From: Alphaproteobacteria bacterium
GTDB lineage: Bacteria > Pseudomonadota > Alphaproteobacteria > Micavibrionales > UBA2020
Assembly: GCA_016124645.1 (NCBI GenBank)
Contig: WGNE01000005.1
Coordinates: forward strand, 6,103-70,102
Direction of reading: 5' to 3'
Length of the DNA stretch: 64,000 nucleotides
Positions 55,504-64,000 of this stretch are shown in pieces. Each line of letters begins with the position of its first letter. Position 1 is the stretch's first letter. Below the pieces are notes generated by a model. The model was not told the DNA's origin and searched no databases. It saw only the letters and a program-made list of their open reading frames with translations. Both the position numbers and the translations under genes were made by a program.

Positions 55504-56232
55504 ATGACCGAAAAAGCCCCGCAGGAAAAAACCGTCAAAATCGCCGCCTTCGGCGCGCTGAACGAGGGCAGCTACGATGAATTCTGGCAGCAGATCGTCC
55601 TGTGCGGCCTCGACCTCGGCATCGCGGGGGAGGTTTCCTGCGCGGGGCCCTATCCGAACGCCGAGGCGGTTTCCGTGCCCGGCCGCCCCCTGCGCGGCGA
55701 CGCGCTGAAGGGCGCGGCGAAAAAAGAAGAGCTTTACAAGGCCGTGGCGCAGGATGCGCGCGAGGCGGGCGCGGAAACGGCGGATTACCGCTGCATGCCC
55801 TGCATGTCGATGATCGGTTTTCACGAGGGGGTGGAAAAAGCGCTGGGCTTGCCCATCTTCCCGCTCGCCCCCGCGCTGGCGGCGGCCTATGCGGAGGTGC
55901 CGCGCCTCGGCGTCATCCACATGCGCCCGGCCCAAAAGCGCATCGAGGAAATTTTCGGCGACAAGGCCGTGACGCCGGACGCGGCGCAGGCGGCCAAGCT
56001 GCTGGCGGCGGAAGAAGCGGCGAAACAGGCGGGCGACCCGGCGGCGGTCGAGGCCGTCATGAGGGAAATCACGGAAGAATGGCGCGACGCCGGCCTCACC
56101 GAGGTGCTTTTCGCAAGGGCCGACGCCCCCGCGGCGAAAAAAAGCGCGGCGGGAAAGGTTGAAGGCGTTCGCGTCCTGACCTATTTTGACATTCTGGCCG
56201 GCGCGATACTGCGCGCGGCGCAAAACGCATAA
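55504..56232 (+). CDS. Divergent Asp/Glu racemase-fold protein
   Basis: Layout KIAAFGA..AGAE..CMPCMSM..LPIF..LGVIH..AGLTEVLF..FDILA parallels racemases. Confidence 0.5.
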   Translation: MTEKAPQEKTVKIAAFGALNEGSYDEFWQQIVLCGLDLGIAGEVSCAGPYPNAEAVSVPGRPLRGDALKGAAKKEELYKAVAQDAREAGAETADYRCMPCMSMIGFHEGVEKALGLPIFPLAPALAAAYAEVPRLGVIHMRPAQKRIEEIFGDKAVTPDAAQAAKLLAAEEAAKQAGDPAAVEAVMREITEEWRDAGLTEVLFARADAPAAKKSAAGKVEGVRVLTYFDILAGAILRAAQNA

Positions 56233-56260
56233 GCGGGCAGGCAGGAACGGGAAAACCCGC

Positions 56261-57952
56261 ATGAAACAATTCATCCGCGACGTCTGGTCGCTCTCCGCGC
56301 CCTACTGGAAGTCGAGGGAAAAAGCCTCCGCCTGGCTGTTACTCGTCACCGTCATTTCCATGACGCTGGGGCAGGTCTATCTCAACGTGCGCTTCAACGA
56401 GTGGAACAACGGGTTTTACGACGCCTTGCAGAACCTCGACGAGCCCGCGTTCTGGAAGGCGCTCAGGCTGTTTTGTATCCTCGCCTTCTTTTACATCGTC
56501 AACGGCGTCTATCGCCAGTATCTGGGGCAGATGCTGCAGATCCGCTGGCGGCGCTGGCTGACGGACGAATACCTTGACGACTGGCTGAAAGGCCAGACCT
56601 ATTACCGCATGCAGGTCGCGGGCCATGCGACCGACAACCCCGACCAGCGCATCAGCGAGGACATCGACCAGTTCATCGGCCTCACCTTCGGCCTCACCCT
56701 CGGGCTGCTGAACGCGGGGGTCACGCTGTTTTCCTTCGTCGCCATCCTCTGGGGATTGTCGGGGGATTTGCCTGTTCATTTACCCGCCGCGCTGGGCGGC
56801 GCGCATGTCACCGTGCCGGGCTACATGGTCTGGGCGGCGGTGCTCTACGCCGCGGCGGGCACGTGGCTGACCTCGAAAATCGGGCGCCCGCTCATCCGGC
56901 TCAACTACAGCCAGCAGATGTTCGAGGCGGATTTCCGCTTTTCCATGGCGCGCCTGCGCGAAAACAGCGAGGGCGTGGCATTTTATAAGGGCGAGGCGCA
57001 GGAAAAGCATAACTTCCTCGAAAAATTCAGCCATGTCTTCGAAAATTACTGGGCCATCATGAAGCGGCAAAAGGCGCTGAGCTGGTTCACCATCGGTTAC
57101 GGGCAGATCGCGAACATCTTTCCCTTCCTCGTCACCGCGCCGCGCTTTTTCGCGAAACAGATAAAGCTCGGCGGCATGATGCAGACGGCTTCCGCCTTCG
57201 GCCATGTGCAGGGCTCGCTGTCCTTCATCGTCGATGCCTACACCAATATCGCGACGTGGAAGGCGGTGGTCGAGCGTCTGGGCGGCTTCACCCGGCATAT
57301 CAACGAAACCGTGGCGCAGGCCGCGCATGAGCAAAGCTTCCGCCCCGGGTTTTCAGATACGGGGCTTGCCCTGAAAGACCTGACCGTGAAGCTGCCGGAC
57401 GGCAAGGTCTTGCTCGAAAAAATTTCGACGACGGTGAAGCCGGGCGAGGCGCTGCTGATCCGCGGACCCTCGGGCTGCGGGAAAAGCACGCTTTTGCGCA
57501 CCATCGCGGGCATCTGGCCTTTCGCGACGGGGCAGGCGCTGGCCCCGGCGCATGAAAAATCTCTCTTCCTGCCGCAAAGGCCCTATCTGCCCATCGACAC
57601 GCTGCGCGCCGCGCTGTGCTACCCCGACGCGCCGGAAGCGGACGACGAAACGATCAACTTCGTGCTGCGCGAATGCGGTCTTGGCCATCTCGAGGAAAAA
57701 CTGGACGAGCGGGCGAACTGGGCGCAGATCCTTTCGCTCGGCGAGCAGCAGCGGGTGGGTTTCGCGCGCGCGCTTTTGACGAAGCGCGACTGCCTGTTCC
57801 TCGACGAGGCGACTTCCGCCCTCGACGGCGCGGCGGAGGCGAAGCTTTACACCCTGCTGCGCCACGCGCTGCCCAAATCCGTCATCGTCAGCGTCGGGCA
57901 TCGCGACACGCTGTCCGAATGGCACGAAAAATCGCTGGCGCTGGGGGCATAG
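56261..57952 (+). CDS. ABC transporter fused permease/ATPase (YddA/BacA/Rv1819c-like)
   Basis: DNPDQRISED, EADFRF..RENSE, GPSGCGKST, LSLGEQQR, FLDEATS. Confidence 0.9.
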   Translation: MKQFIRDVWSLSAPYWKSREKASAWLLLVTVISMTLGQVYLNVRFNEWNNGFYDALQNLDEPAFWKALRLFCILAFFYIVNGVYRQYLGQMLQIRWRRWLTDEYLDDWLKGQTYYRMQVAGHATDNPDQRISEDIDQFIGLTFGLTLGLLNAGVTLFSFVAILWGLSGDLPVHLPAALGGAHVTVPGYMVWAAVLYAAAGTWLTSKIGRPLIRLNYSQQMFEADFRFSMARLRENSEGVAFYKGEAQEKHNFLEKFSHVFENYWAIMKRQKALSWFTIGYGQIANIFPFLVTAPRFFAKQIKLGGMMQTASAFGHVQGSLSFIVDAYTNIATWKAVVERLGGFTRHINETVAQAAHEQSFRPGFSDTGLALKDLTVKLPDGKVLLEKISTTVKPGEALLIRGPSGCGKSTLLRTIAGIWPFATGQALAPAHEKSLFLPQRPYLPIDTLRAALCYPDAPEADDETINFVLRECGLGHLEEKLDERANWAQILSLGEQQRVGFARALLTKRDCLFLDEATSALDGAAEAKLYTLLRHALPKSVIVSVGHRDTLSEWHEKSLALGA

Positions 57953-57954
57953 GC

Positions 57955-59307
57955 ATGGCGGCGGGCAAGGGCGGGAAACCGAGAAAAACCCTGACGGCAA
58001 TGCTGGCCGGGGTGGCGGGCAGCGTGGCCAGCGGGGCGGAACTGCGCGGCACGGTCACCCTGCCGCCGCATGCGCCGGTCTGGAAAAAGCTGCTCATCGT
58101 CATGGGGCCGGGGCTTTTGGTCGCGGTCGGCTACATCGACCCCGGCAACTGGGCGACCGACATTGCGGCGGGGGCGAAATACGGCTACGACCTTTTGTTC
58201 GTCGTGCTGCTGGCCAGCCTTGCCGCCATCTTCCTGCAGTGCCTGAGCATGCGCGTGGGCGTGGTGACGGGCAAGGACCTCGCCCAGCTTTCCCGCGCGC
58301 GCTACGGGCGCAAGTCCAATTTCTTCCAGTGGGTGATGGCCGAGCTCTCCATCGTCGCCTGCGACATCGCCGAGGTGCTGGGTGGCGCGCTGGCCTTCCA
58401 CCTGCTCTTCGGCTGCTCGATGGCGACGGGCATCCTCATCACCGGGCTCGATACCTTCATCATTCTGGGGCTGCGCGGGCGGGGGTTCCGGCAGGTGGAG
58501 GCGGTGATTCTCGGTCTCGTCATGACGGTTTCTATTTGTTATGTGGTCGAGCTCTGGCTCGTCGGGCCCGACTGGGCGGCGGCGGGCATCGGCCTTGCGC
58601 CCGTCCTTTCGCGGTTGAAGGAGACGGACGCGCTCTACCTCGCCATCGGCATCGTGGGGGCCACGGTCATGCCGCATAACCTCTACCTTCATTCCTCCGT
58701 CGTGCAGACGCGGCAGTTCAACGCCTCGCGCGAGACGCGGGCGGAGATGATACGGCTCAATACGGCGGATACGGTGATTTCCCTGCTGCTTGCCTTTTTC
58801 GTCAACGCGGCCATCCTCGTCCTCGCCGCCGCCGCCTTCCATACCAGCGGCCATACGGACGTCGCGGATATCGAGCAGGCCTACCGCCTGCTGGAGCCCG
58901 TCATGGGCACGGCGCTGGCGGGTTTCGTTTTCGCCCTCGCGCTTCTGGCGGCGGGGCAAAGCTCCACCTTCACCGGCACCATCGCGGGGCAGGTGGTGCT
59001 GGAAGGCTATATGGGCGTGAAGCTGCCCTTCTGGCAGCGCCGGCTCATCACCCGCGCGCTGGCCCTGCTGCCCGCGCTCATCGGCGTGCTGGTCTGGGGC
59101 GACGGGGCGATCGGCAACATGATGGTTTTAAGCCAGGTGGTGCTGGGCCTGCAGCTGCCCTTCGCCATGTACCCGCTCATCCGCTTCGTGTCGGACAGGG
59201 GGCTCATGCACGGCTTCGCCATCCGCCGCGTCGGCCAGAGCGCGGCATGGGCGCTTTTCGCCGTCATCGTCGGCTGCAACATCTGGCTGATGTTCAAGAT
59301 GGTTTGA
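57955..59307 (+). CDS. mntH: NRAMP divalent metal transporter
   Basis: GYIDPGNWATD, MPHNLYLHS, SSTFTGTIAGQ. Confidence 0.93.
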   Translation: MAAGKGGKPRKTLTAMLAGVAGSVASGAELRGTVTLPPHAPVWKKLLIVMGPGLLVAVGYIDPGNWATDIAAGAKYGYDLLFVVLLASLAAIFLQCLSMRVGVVTGKDLAQLSRARYGRKSNFFQWVMAELSIVACDIAEVLGGALAFHLLFGCSMATGILITGLDTFIILGLRGRGFRQVEAVILGLVMTVSICYVVELWLVGPDWAAAGIGLAPVLSRLKETDALYLAIGIVGATVMPHNLYLHSSVVQTRQFNASRETRAEMIRLNTADTVISLLLAFFVNAAILVLAAAAFHTSGHTDVADIEQAYRLLEPVMGTALAGFVFALALLAAGQSSTFTGTIAGQVVLEGYMGVKLPFWQRRLITRALALLPALIGVLVWGDGAIGNMMVLSQVVLGLQLPFAMYPLIRFVSDRGLMHGFAIRRVGQSAAWALFAVIVGCNIWLMFKMV

Positions 59308-59311
59308 GGGC

Positions 59312-59731
59312 TCAGGCGTCGATCGGCTTGCCGTTGACCTTCAGTGCGACCTTGACGTTGCCCCGCGTCGCCTTGGAATAGGGGCAGACCTGATGCGCGG
59401 TGCGTACGAGGTCTTCCGCCTCCTCCTGCTCGAGCACGGAAAGGCTCACGTTGAGCGTCGCGCCGATGAAGAAGCCGCTTTCGTCCTGATTGAGCGTCAC
59501 TTCCGCCTGCACGCCGATGGGGCCGGTTTCCAGCTTTTGCTGGCCCGCCACGAACTGCACCGCGCTGCCGAAGCAGGCGGCGTAGCCGCAGGCGAACAGC
59601 TGTTCGGGGTTGGTGCCGGGGCGGGTGCTGTCCGGCCGTGAAAGATCGACCGACAGGCGCTTGTCGTCGGTCTCGCCGTGGCCGTCGCGGCCGCCGGTGA
59701 CAGTGGCGTTGGCGGTGTAAAGAACTGGCAT
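59312..59731 (-). CDS. ohr: Organic hydroperoxide resistance protein
   Basis: GGRDG, TNPEQLFACGYAACF, AHQVCPYSKA. Confidence 0.93.
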   Translation of the reverse strand: MPVLYTANATVTGGRDGHGETDDKRLSVDLSRPDSTRPGTNPEQLFACGYAACFGSAVQFVAGQQKLETGPIGVQAEVTLNQDESGFFIGATLNVSLSVLEQEEAEDLVRTAHQVCPYSKATRGNVKVALKVNGKPIDA

Positions 59732-59804
59732 GAAATTTCCCCTCTTCAAAATAACGGCCTCTTCTTTTACCACAAGCGCGACGCATGCGGGCAAAAAAAT
59801 CGGC

Positions 59805-61064
59805 CTACAGCCCGGGCACGGGGCGGATTTTGAGCGCGTGTCTCCAGACCATCATGCCCGACAGCGCCAGCGCGGAAAAAACCGCGCCCGCGACGAAGGT
59901 CATGGCCGGCCCGCCTTCCTTCCACAGCGCGCCCGCCAGCACGCTGGCCAGCAAGAGCGCGCCGCCGGTCAGCAGGTTGTTGATGCCGAATGCCGTGCCG
60001 CGCAGGTCTTCGGGCGCCTGATCCGCGATGAAGGCGGTGATGATGCCCTGCGTCATGCCCATGTGCAGCCCCCAGAGCGCGACACCGAGGAACATCAGCG
60101 GCAGCGAAGGCGTGAAGGCGAGGATGAGGTCGGCCGCAATGAGCAGGGCGATGCCCGCGGCCAGAAGCCCCGTCTTGCCGATGCGGTCCGACAGCGCGCC
60201 CACGGGCCATGCGGACAGGGCGTATATGACGTTCATGACGATGAGGATGGCGGGGGCGAAGGCGGCGTCGAGATGCAGGCTGTCGCCGCGCAGGATGAGA
60301 AAAGCCTCCGAAAACCGCGCCAGCGTGAGGACCGCGCCCAGCGCCGTCACCTGCCAGAAGGCGGTCGGCAACTGGCGGATTTTCTCTTTTTGCAGGGGGA
60401 AAGGCTTTTTTCCGTCGATTTTCTTTTGCGGCTCGCGGATGGCGAAAAGGAGGATGAGCATGACGACCAGCGCGGGCAGCAGCGCGGCGGAAAAGACGAA
60501 CCGGAAGTTGTCCGCCGTCGCGAGCATCAGCAAAATGGCCAGCGCGGGGCCGGTGAAGGCGCCCACCGTGTCCATCGTCTGGCGCAAGCCGTAGGCCGCG
60601 CCGCGCTCGTGCGGCGGGGTGATGTCCGCCACCAGCGCGTCGCGCGGGGCGACGCGGATGCCCTTGCCGATGCGGTCGGCGAAACGGGCGAGCAGCACGG
60701 TCTCCAGGCTGTGGGCGAGGGGGAAGAGCGGCTTGGTCAGGGTCGAAAGCCCGTAGCCCGCCAGCAAAAGCGGCTTGCGCTTGCCGATCCAGTCGCTGAA
60801 GGAGCCGGAGAAGATCTTGACGATGGAGGCGGTCGATTCGGCGATGCCCTCCACGATGCCGACCGAAAGGGCCGAAACCCCCAGCACCGATGTCATGAAC
60901 AGGGGCAGCAGGCTGTGGATTATCTCCGACGAGATATCCATGAACATGCTGACGAAGCCCAGCGCGACGATGCCGCGCGGCATCCCCTTGAACATGCGGG
61001 CGGCGAAGCTGGAGGGCGCCTTTTGCGTGTCGGGGTTCTGGAGAAAGGCGTCGTCGGCCATCAA
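59805..61064 (-). CDS. MFS transporter
   Basis: 12 TM helices; SDWIGKRK motif A, GKGIRVAPRDALVAD, SDRIGK. Confidence 0.9.
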   Translation of the reverse strand: MMADDAFLQNPDTQKAPSSFAARMFKGMPRGIVALGFVSMFMDISSEIIHSLLPLFMTSVLGVSALSVGIVEGIAESTASIVKIFSGSFSDWIGKRKPLLLAGYGLSTLTKPLFPLAHSLETVLLARFADRIGKGIRVAPRDALVADITPPHERGAAYGLRQTMDTVGAFTGPALAILLMLATADNFRFVFSAALLPALVVMLILLFAIREPQKKIDGKKPFPLQKEKIRQLPTAFWQVTALGAVLTLARFSEAFLILRGDSLHLDAAFAPAILIVMNVIYALSAWPVGALSDRIGKTGLLAAGIALLIAADLILAFTPSLPLMFLGVALWGLHMGMTQGIITAFIADQAPEDLRGTAFGINNLLTGGALLLASVLAGALWKEGGPAMTFVAGAVFSALALSGMMVWRHALKIRPVPGL

Positions 61065-61154
61065 TCAGCATCCTTGCGGGGTTGAAGGCGCCTATGGTAA
61101 AGCTTTCCGGGCGGCGGGAAAAGCCTGCGATATCTTATTTTCGGGAAAAACGGC

Positions 61155-61739
61155 ATGAAACCCCTTTTCGGCATATTGGGCGTGGTCCTCGTCATGGGCA
61201 GCATGGTGCCCTATGCGCGCGCCATGTGGCATAAGACCGTGAAACCCCATGCTTTTTCATGGTTTCTCTGGGGCATGATCAATACGGTCGTCTGCGCGGC
61301 GCAGGTGGTCTCCCACGGCGGCGCGGGGGCCTGGACCTCGGCCGCGGCGGGGTTCTTCAACTTCACCATTGCCGTTTACGCCCTGAAACACGGGGAAAAG
61401 AACATCACGCGTTCGGACTGGGTGATTTTCCTGTCCGCCCTTTGCGCCCTGCCGCTCTGGGTCGTCACCAAAGACCCGCTCTGGTCGGTCGTGTTGCTCA
61501 GCGTCACCGACATGATGGGGTTTTTCCCGACAATCCGCAAATCATGGCACGAACCGCACGGCGAGGTTCTGACGACCTTCGCCGTGGGCGCGCTGGGCTT
61601 TATTTTCGCCATTCTCGCGCTCGACGACATGAGCTTCGTCAATTACTGCTATCCCGCCACGGTGCTGACGCTCAACGTCGTCTTCACCGTCATCCTGCTC
61701 ACCCGCCGCCGCGCCCTGCTGCTGGCAAAACCGGTATGA
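61155..61739 (+). CDS. Membrane protein with an internal duplication (PQ-loop/SWEET-like)
   Basis: About 7 hydrophobic segments; repeats VPYARAMW and FPTIRKSW. Confidence 0.6.
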   Translation: MKPLFGILGVVLVMGSMVPYARAMWHKTVKPHAFSWFLWGMINTVVCAAQVVSHGGAGAWTSAAAGFFNFTIAVYALKHGEKNITRSDWVIFLSALCALPLWVVTKDPLWSVVLLSVTDMMGFFPTIRKSWHEPHGEVLTTFAVGALGFIFAILALDDMSFVNYCYPATVLTLNVVFTVILLTRRRALLLAKPV

Positions 61740-62272
61740 GGGCGGGCATGATGGACCGCGTCATCATCGTGGGCGCGACGGGCTCGGGCAAGACGACCTT
61801 CAGCCGCAAGCTGGCCGAAAAAACCGGCGCGCCCGCGCAGGACCTCGACGACTTGCACTGGCTGCCCGGCTGGCAGACGCGCGAGACGGAGGACTTCCTG
61901 CGTCTTGCCGGGGAGCTCGCGGCGCGCGAGCGCTGGATCGTCGCGGGCAATTACTCGAAAACGCGGGACATCATCTGGCCGCGCGCGGAAACGGTCATCT
62001 GGCTTGATTATCCCTTCTCCCTCGTCTTCTGGCGGCTTTTGCGCCGCTCCGTCCTGCGCATCATCGACAAGAACCCCATTTGCAACGGCAATACCGAAAC
62101 CCTGCGCCAGTTCTTATCGAAAAACAGCATCATGGTCTGGCTGTTCAAAAGCTACGGCAAGCGCAAGCGCGAATACGGTTCCATGGTGGCTGGCGGTGGA
62201 CAATATCCGCATATAAACTATATTCGGATATCGTCGCCCGGGGAGGCCGAGGCCTTTCTGGACGGCCTTTGA
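61736..62272 (+). CDS. P-loop kinase/NTPase (FlaR/topology-modulation, adenylate kinase-like)
   Basis: IVGATGSGKTTF, DLDDLHW, WIVAGNYS, VIWLDYP. Confidence 0.82.
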   Translation: MRAGMMDRVIIVGATGSGKTTFSRKLAEKTGAPAQDLDDLHWLPGWQTRETEDFLRLAGELAARERWIVAGNYSKTRDIIWPRAETVIWLDYPFSLVFWRLLRRSVLRIIDKNPICNGNTETLRQFLSKNSIMVWLFKSYGKRKREYGSMVAGGGQYPHINYIRISSPGEAEAFLDGL

Positions 62273-62298
62273 AAACCGAAAAGACAAGGGAGCATTCC

Positions 62299-63417
62299 AT
62301 GTCCGCCGCCGTTCCGCTTTTCACGCCGCTCAAGCTTCGCAATCTCACGCTGCGCAACCGCATCGGCGTCTCGCCCATGTGCCAGTATTCGGCGGTGGAG
62401 GGCATGTCGGGCGACTGGCACCTCGTCCACCTCGGCTCGCGCGCCATCGGCGGGGCGGGGCTGGTGATGATGGAGGCGACGGGCGTCACGCCCGAGGGCC
62501 GCATCACCCCTGATTGCAGCGGCATCTGGAGCGATGCGCATATCGAGCCCCTGAAACGCATCACGGGTTTCATCGCCGAACACGGCGCCGCGCCCGCCCT
62601 GCAGCTGGCCCACGCGGGGCGCAAGGCCAGCATGGCCGCGCCCTGGAAAGGCGGCAAGAGGTTGTCGGCGTCCGAAGGCGGCTGGCAGACGGTTTCGGCT
62701 TCCGCCGTGCCTTTCACGCCCGACCTCGCCCCGCCGCGCGAGATGAGCGCGGATGACATCAAAAAACTCATCGACGCCTTCGTCGCCGGCGCGCGGCGCG
62801 GGGTGGCGGCGGGCTTTCCGATCCTTGAAATCCACGGCGCGCACGGCTACCTGCTGCACCAGTTCCTCTCTCCCTTGAGTAACTTCCGCACCGACGATTA
62901 CGGCGGCAGCGAGGAAAACCGCTTCCGCCTCATCCGCGAGGTCGCAAGGGCGGTGCGCGCCGAAGTACCTTCCGATACCGTGGTCGGCGCGCGGCTCAGC
63001 TGCACCGACTGGGATGAAAAAGGCCTGACCATCAAGGACACGGCAAGGCTTTCCGCGCTCTTGAAGGAAGACGGGCTGGACTTCATCGACTGCTCCTCAG
63101 GCTTCGTGACGGCGGATGCGAAAGTGCCTTTCGCGCCCGGTTTTCAGGTGCCTTTCGCTACGGAAATCCGCGAGACGGCGAAGCTGCCCGCCTTCGCGGT
63201 CGGGCTCATCACAGAGGCTGCACAGGCGAACGACATCATCGCGAAGGAACAGGCGGACATGGTCCTCCTCGCCCGCGCGGAGCTGCGCGACCCCTACTGG
63301 CCGCTGCACGCCGCGCTGGAACTGGGCATCGCGCCCGTCGATGCGAATGTGCCCGCGCAATACCTGCGCGGATTTCAGGAAAACCGCACCGCGGCGCCGC
63401 GCAAGAAGGCGGGGTGA
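62299..63417 (+). CDS. NADH:flavin oxidoreductase (Old Yellow Enzyme, NamA/XenA-like)
   Basis: SPMCQYS, QLAHAGRKAS, EIHGAHGYL, RTDDYGGS, LRDPYW. Confidence 0.92.
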   Translation: MSAAVPLFTPLKLRNLTLRNRIGVSPMCQYSAVEGMSGDWHLVHLGSRAIGGAGLVMMEATGVTPEGRITPDCSGIWSDAHIEPLKRITGFIAEHGAAPALQLAHAGRKASMAAPWKGGKRLSASEGGWQTVSASAVPFTPDLAPPREMSADDIKKLIDAFVAGARRGVAAGFPILEIHGAHGYLLHQFLSPLSNFRTDDYGGSEENRFRLIREVARAVRAEVPSDTVVGARLSCTDWDEKGLTIKDTARLSALLKEDGLDFIDCSSGFVTADAKVPFAPGFQVPFATEIRETAKLPAFAVGLITEAAQANDIIAKEQADMVLLARAELRDPYWPLHAALELGIAPVDANVPAQYLRGFQENRTAAPRKKAG

Positions 63418-63420
63418 GCG

Positions 63421-63954
63421 ATGGGAGTCGATGCCGTCGAAATCCGCCCTTTCGAGCCGGACGAATGGAAGCACTACAAGGCGATACGGCTGCGCGCGCT
63501 GCAAAGCGACCCGCATTGCTTCAGCTCCACCTACAAAAAGGAAGCGGCGTATCCCGACGAGAAATGGCAGGAAGATTTCGGGCGCGCGGGCCGCGTCGTT
63601 TTCGCCGTGCTGCATTACGGCGACGTTATCGGCCTGACCGCCGTGTCCCTCCTGCGCGAGGACGAAACGGGGCGGACGGCCAAGCTCTGGGGCTCGTGGC
63701 TGGAACCGGAATGGCGCGGCAAGGGCGTGTCCGAAAAAATGTACGAGGCGCGGCTCAACTGGGCGCGCGCGCAGGAAGGCGTGCGGCGCGTCGTGGTCTC
63801 CCACCGCGAAAGCAACGTCGCTTCCAAAAAGGCGAACCAGAAACACGGTTTCACCTTCACCCATGCCGAAGGCTTTTTCTGGCCCGACGGCAAGGAGGAG
63901 CCGGAGGTTTTCTACGAGCTCTGGCTGGAGGAACCCGGCGCCCCGGGGGAATAG
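63421..63954 (+). CDS. GNAT family N-acetyltransferase
   Basis: IRLRAL..DP..F, WLEPEWRGKG, N..S...NQKHGF. Confidence 0.85.
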   Translation: MGVDAVEIRPFEPDEWKHYKAIRLRALQSDPHCFSSTYKKEAAYPDEKWQEDFGRAGRVVFAVLHYGDVIGLTAVSLLREDETGRTAKLWGSWLEPEWRGKGVSEKMYEARLNWARAQEGVRRVVVSHRESNVASKKANQKHGFTFTHAEGFFWPDGKEEPEVFYELWLEEPGAPGE

Positions 63955-63959
63955 GCGGG

Positions 63960-64000
63960 TTATTTCTTCACGGAAGCGGGCACGTTCACCGTGGTGGTGA
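63960..64000 (-). CDS. Possible 3' end of a gene running off the window
   Basis: Reads ..TTTVNVPASVKK-stop (TAA at 63960-63962); too short to confirm. Confidence 0.3.
   Translation of the reverse strand, partial: TTTVNVPASVKK

Noticed and set aside
20795-59307. Apparent N-terminal extensions or fusions in the ORF track (20795..21991, 33184..34815, 42607..44097, 47985..49313, 57616..59307, 9948..10889)
   Set aside because: The extensions overlap upstream genes in another frame; internal ATGs with ATGA coupling or an SD give normal-length proteins.
7141-60000. Many long antisense or alternate-frame ORFs (e.g. 7141..8622-, 16312..18075+, 18900..20627+, 22837..24543-, 27666..29039+, 39375..40772+)
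   Set aside because: They shadow well-supported genes, are Arg/Ala/Gly/Pro-rich with no motifs, and are expected in GC-rich DNA with few stop codons.
1-64000. CRISPR arrays, rRNA, IS elements, prophage genes
   Set aside because: No regularly spaced repeats, rRNA signatures, transposases or phage structural genes seen.

Overview
GC-rich bacterial chromosomal segment, most likely from an alphaproteobacterium. This is inferred from the divergent ruvX/gatCAB arrangement, an AddA-type helicase-nuclease and a BcsS-family gene. It holds about 55 CDSs and one tRNA-Ser(GCT). I found no rRNA, CRISPR array, transposase or integrase. Housekeeping genes (addA, folB, ruvX, gatCAB) are mixed with accessory modules. 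(i) The most unusual locus is at 18.3-25.7 kb: a PilZ-bearing cellulose-synthase-like GT2 with no BcsB/C/Z, translationally coupled to a Tat-exported two-subunit FAD/Fe-S sugar dehydrogenase that lacks its cytochrome subunit. It is followed by a BcsS-like beta-barrel, and a signal-less GH3 glucosidase lies opposite. The likely native ATG of the synthase is out of frame with the catalytic ORF. (ii) A sulfide module: type I SQR, a BigR/SqrR-like repressor, RND efflux and DUF2892. (iii) Two genes sharing a 63%-identical ankyrin-like domain, one fused to a class II nucleotidyltransferase. (iv) Three tandem small propeptide/I9-like paralogues. (v) A CDP-sugar/C-methyltransferase polysaccharide cluster. 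(vi) A TPS/LamG adhesin, an acyl-CoA oxidase and a degenerate racemase. Many orphan proteins end in basic, Pro-rich tails that may be an export signal. All family assignments come from motif recognition by eye; no database searches were run.
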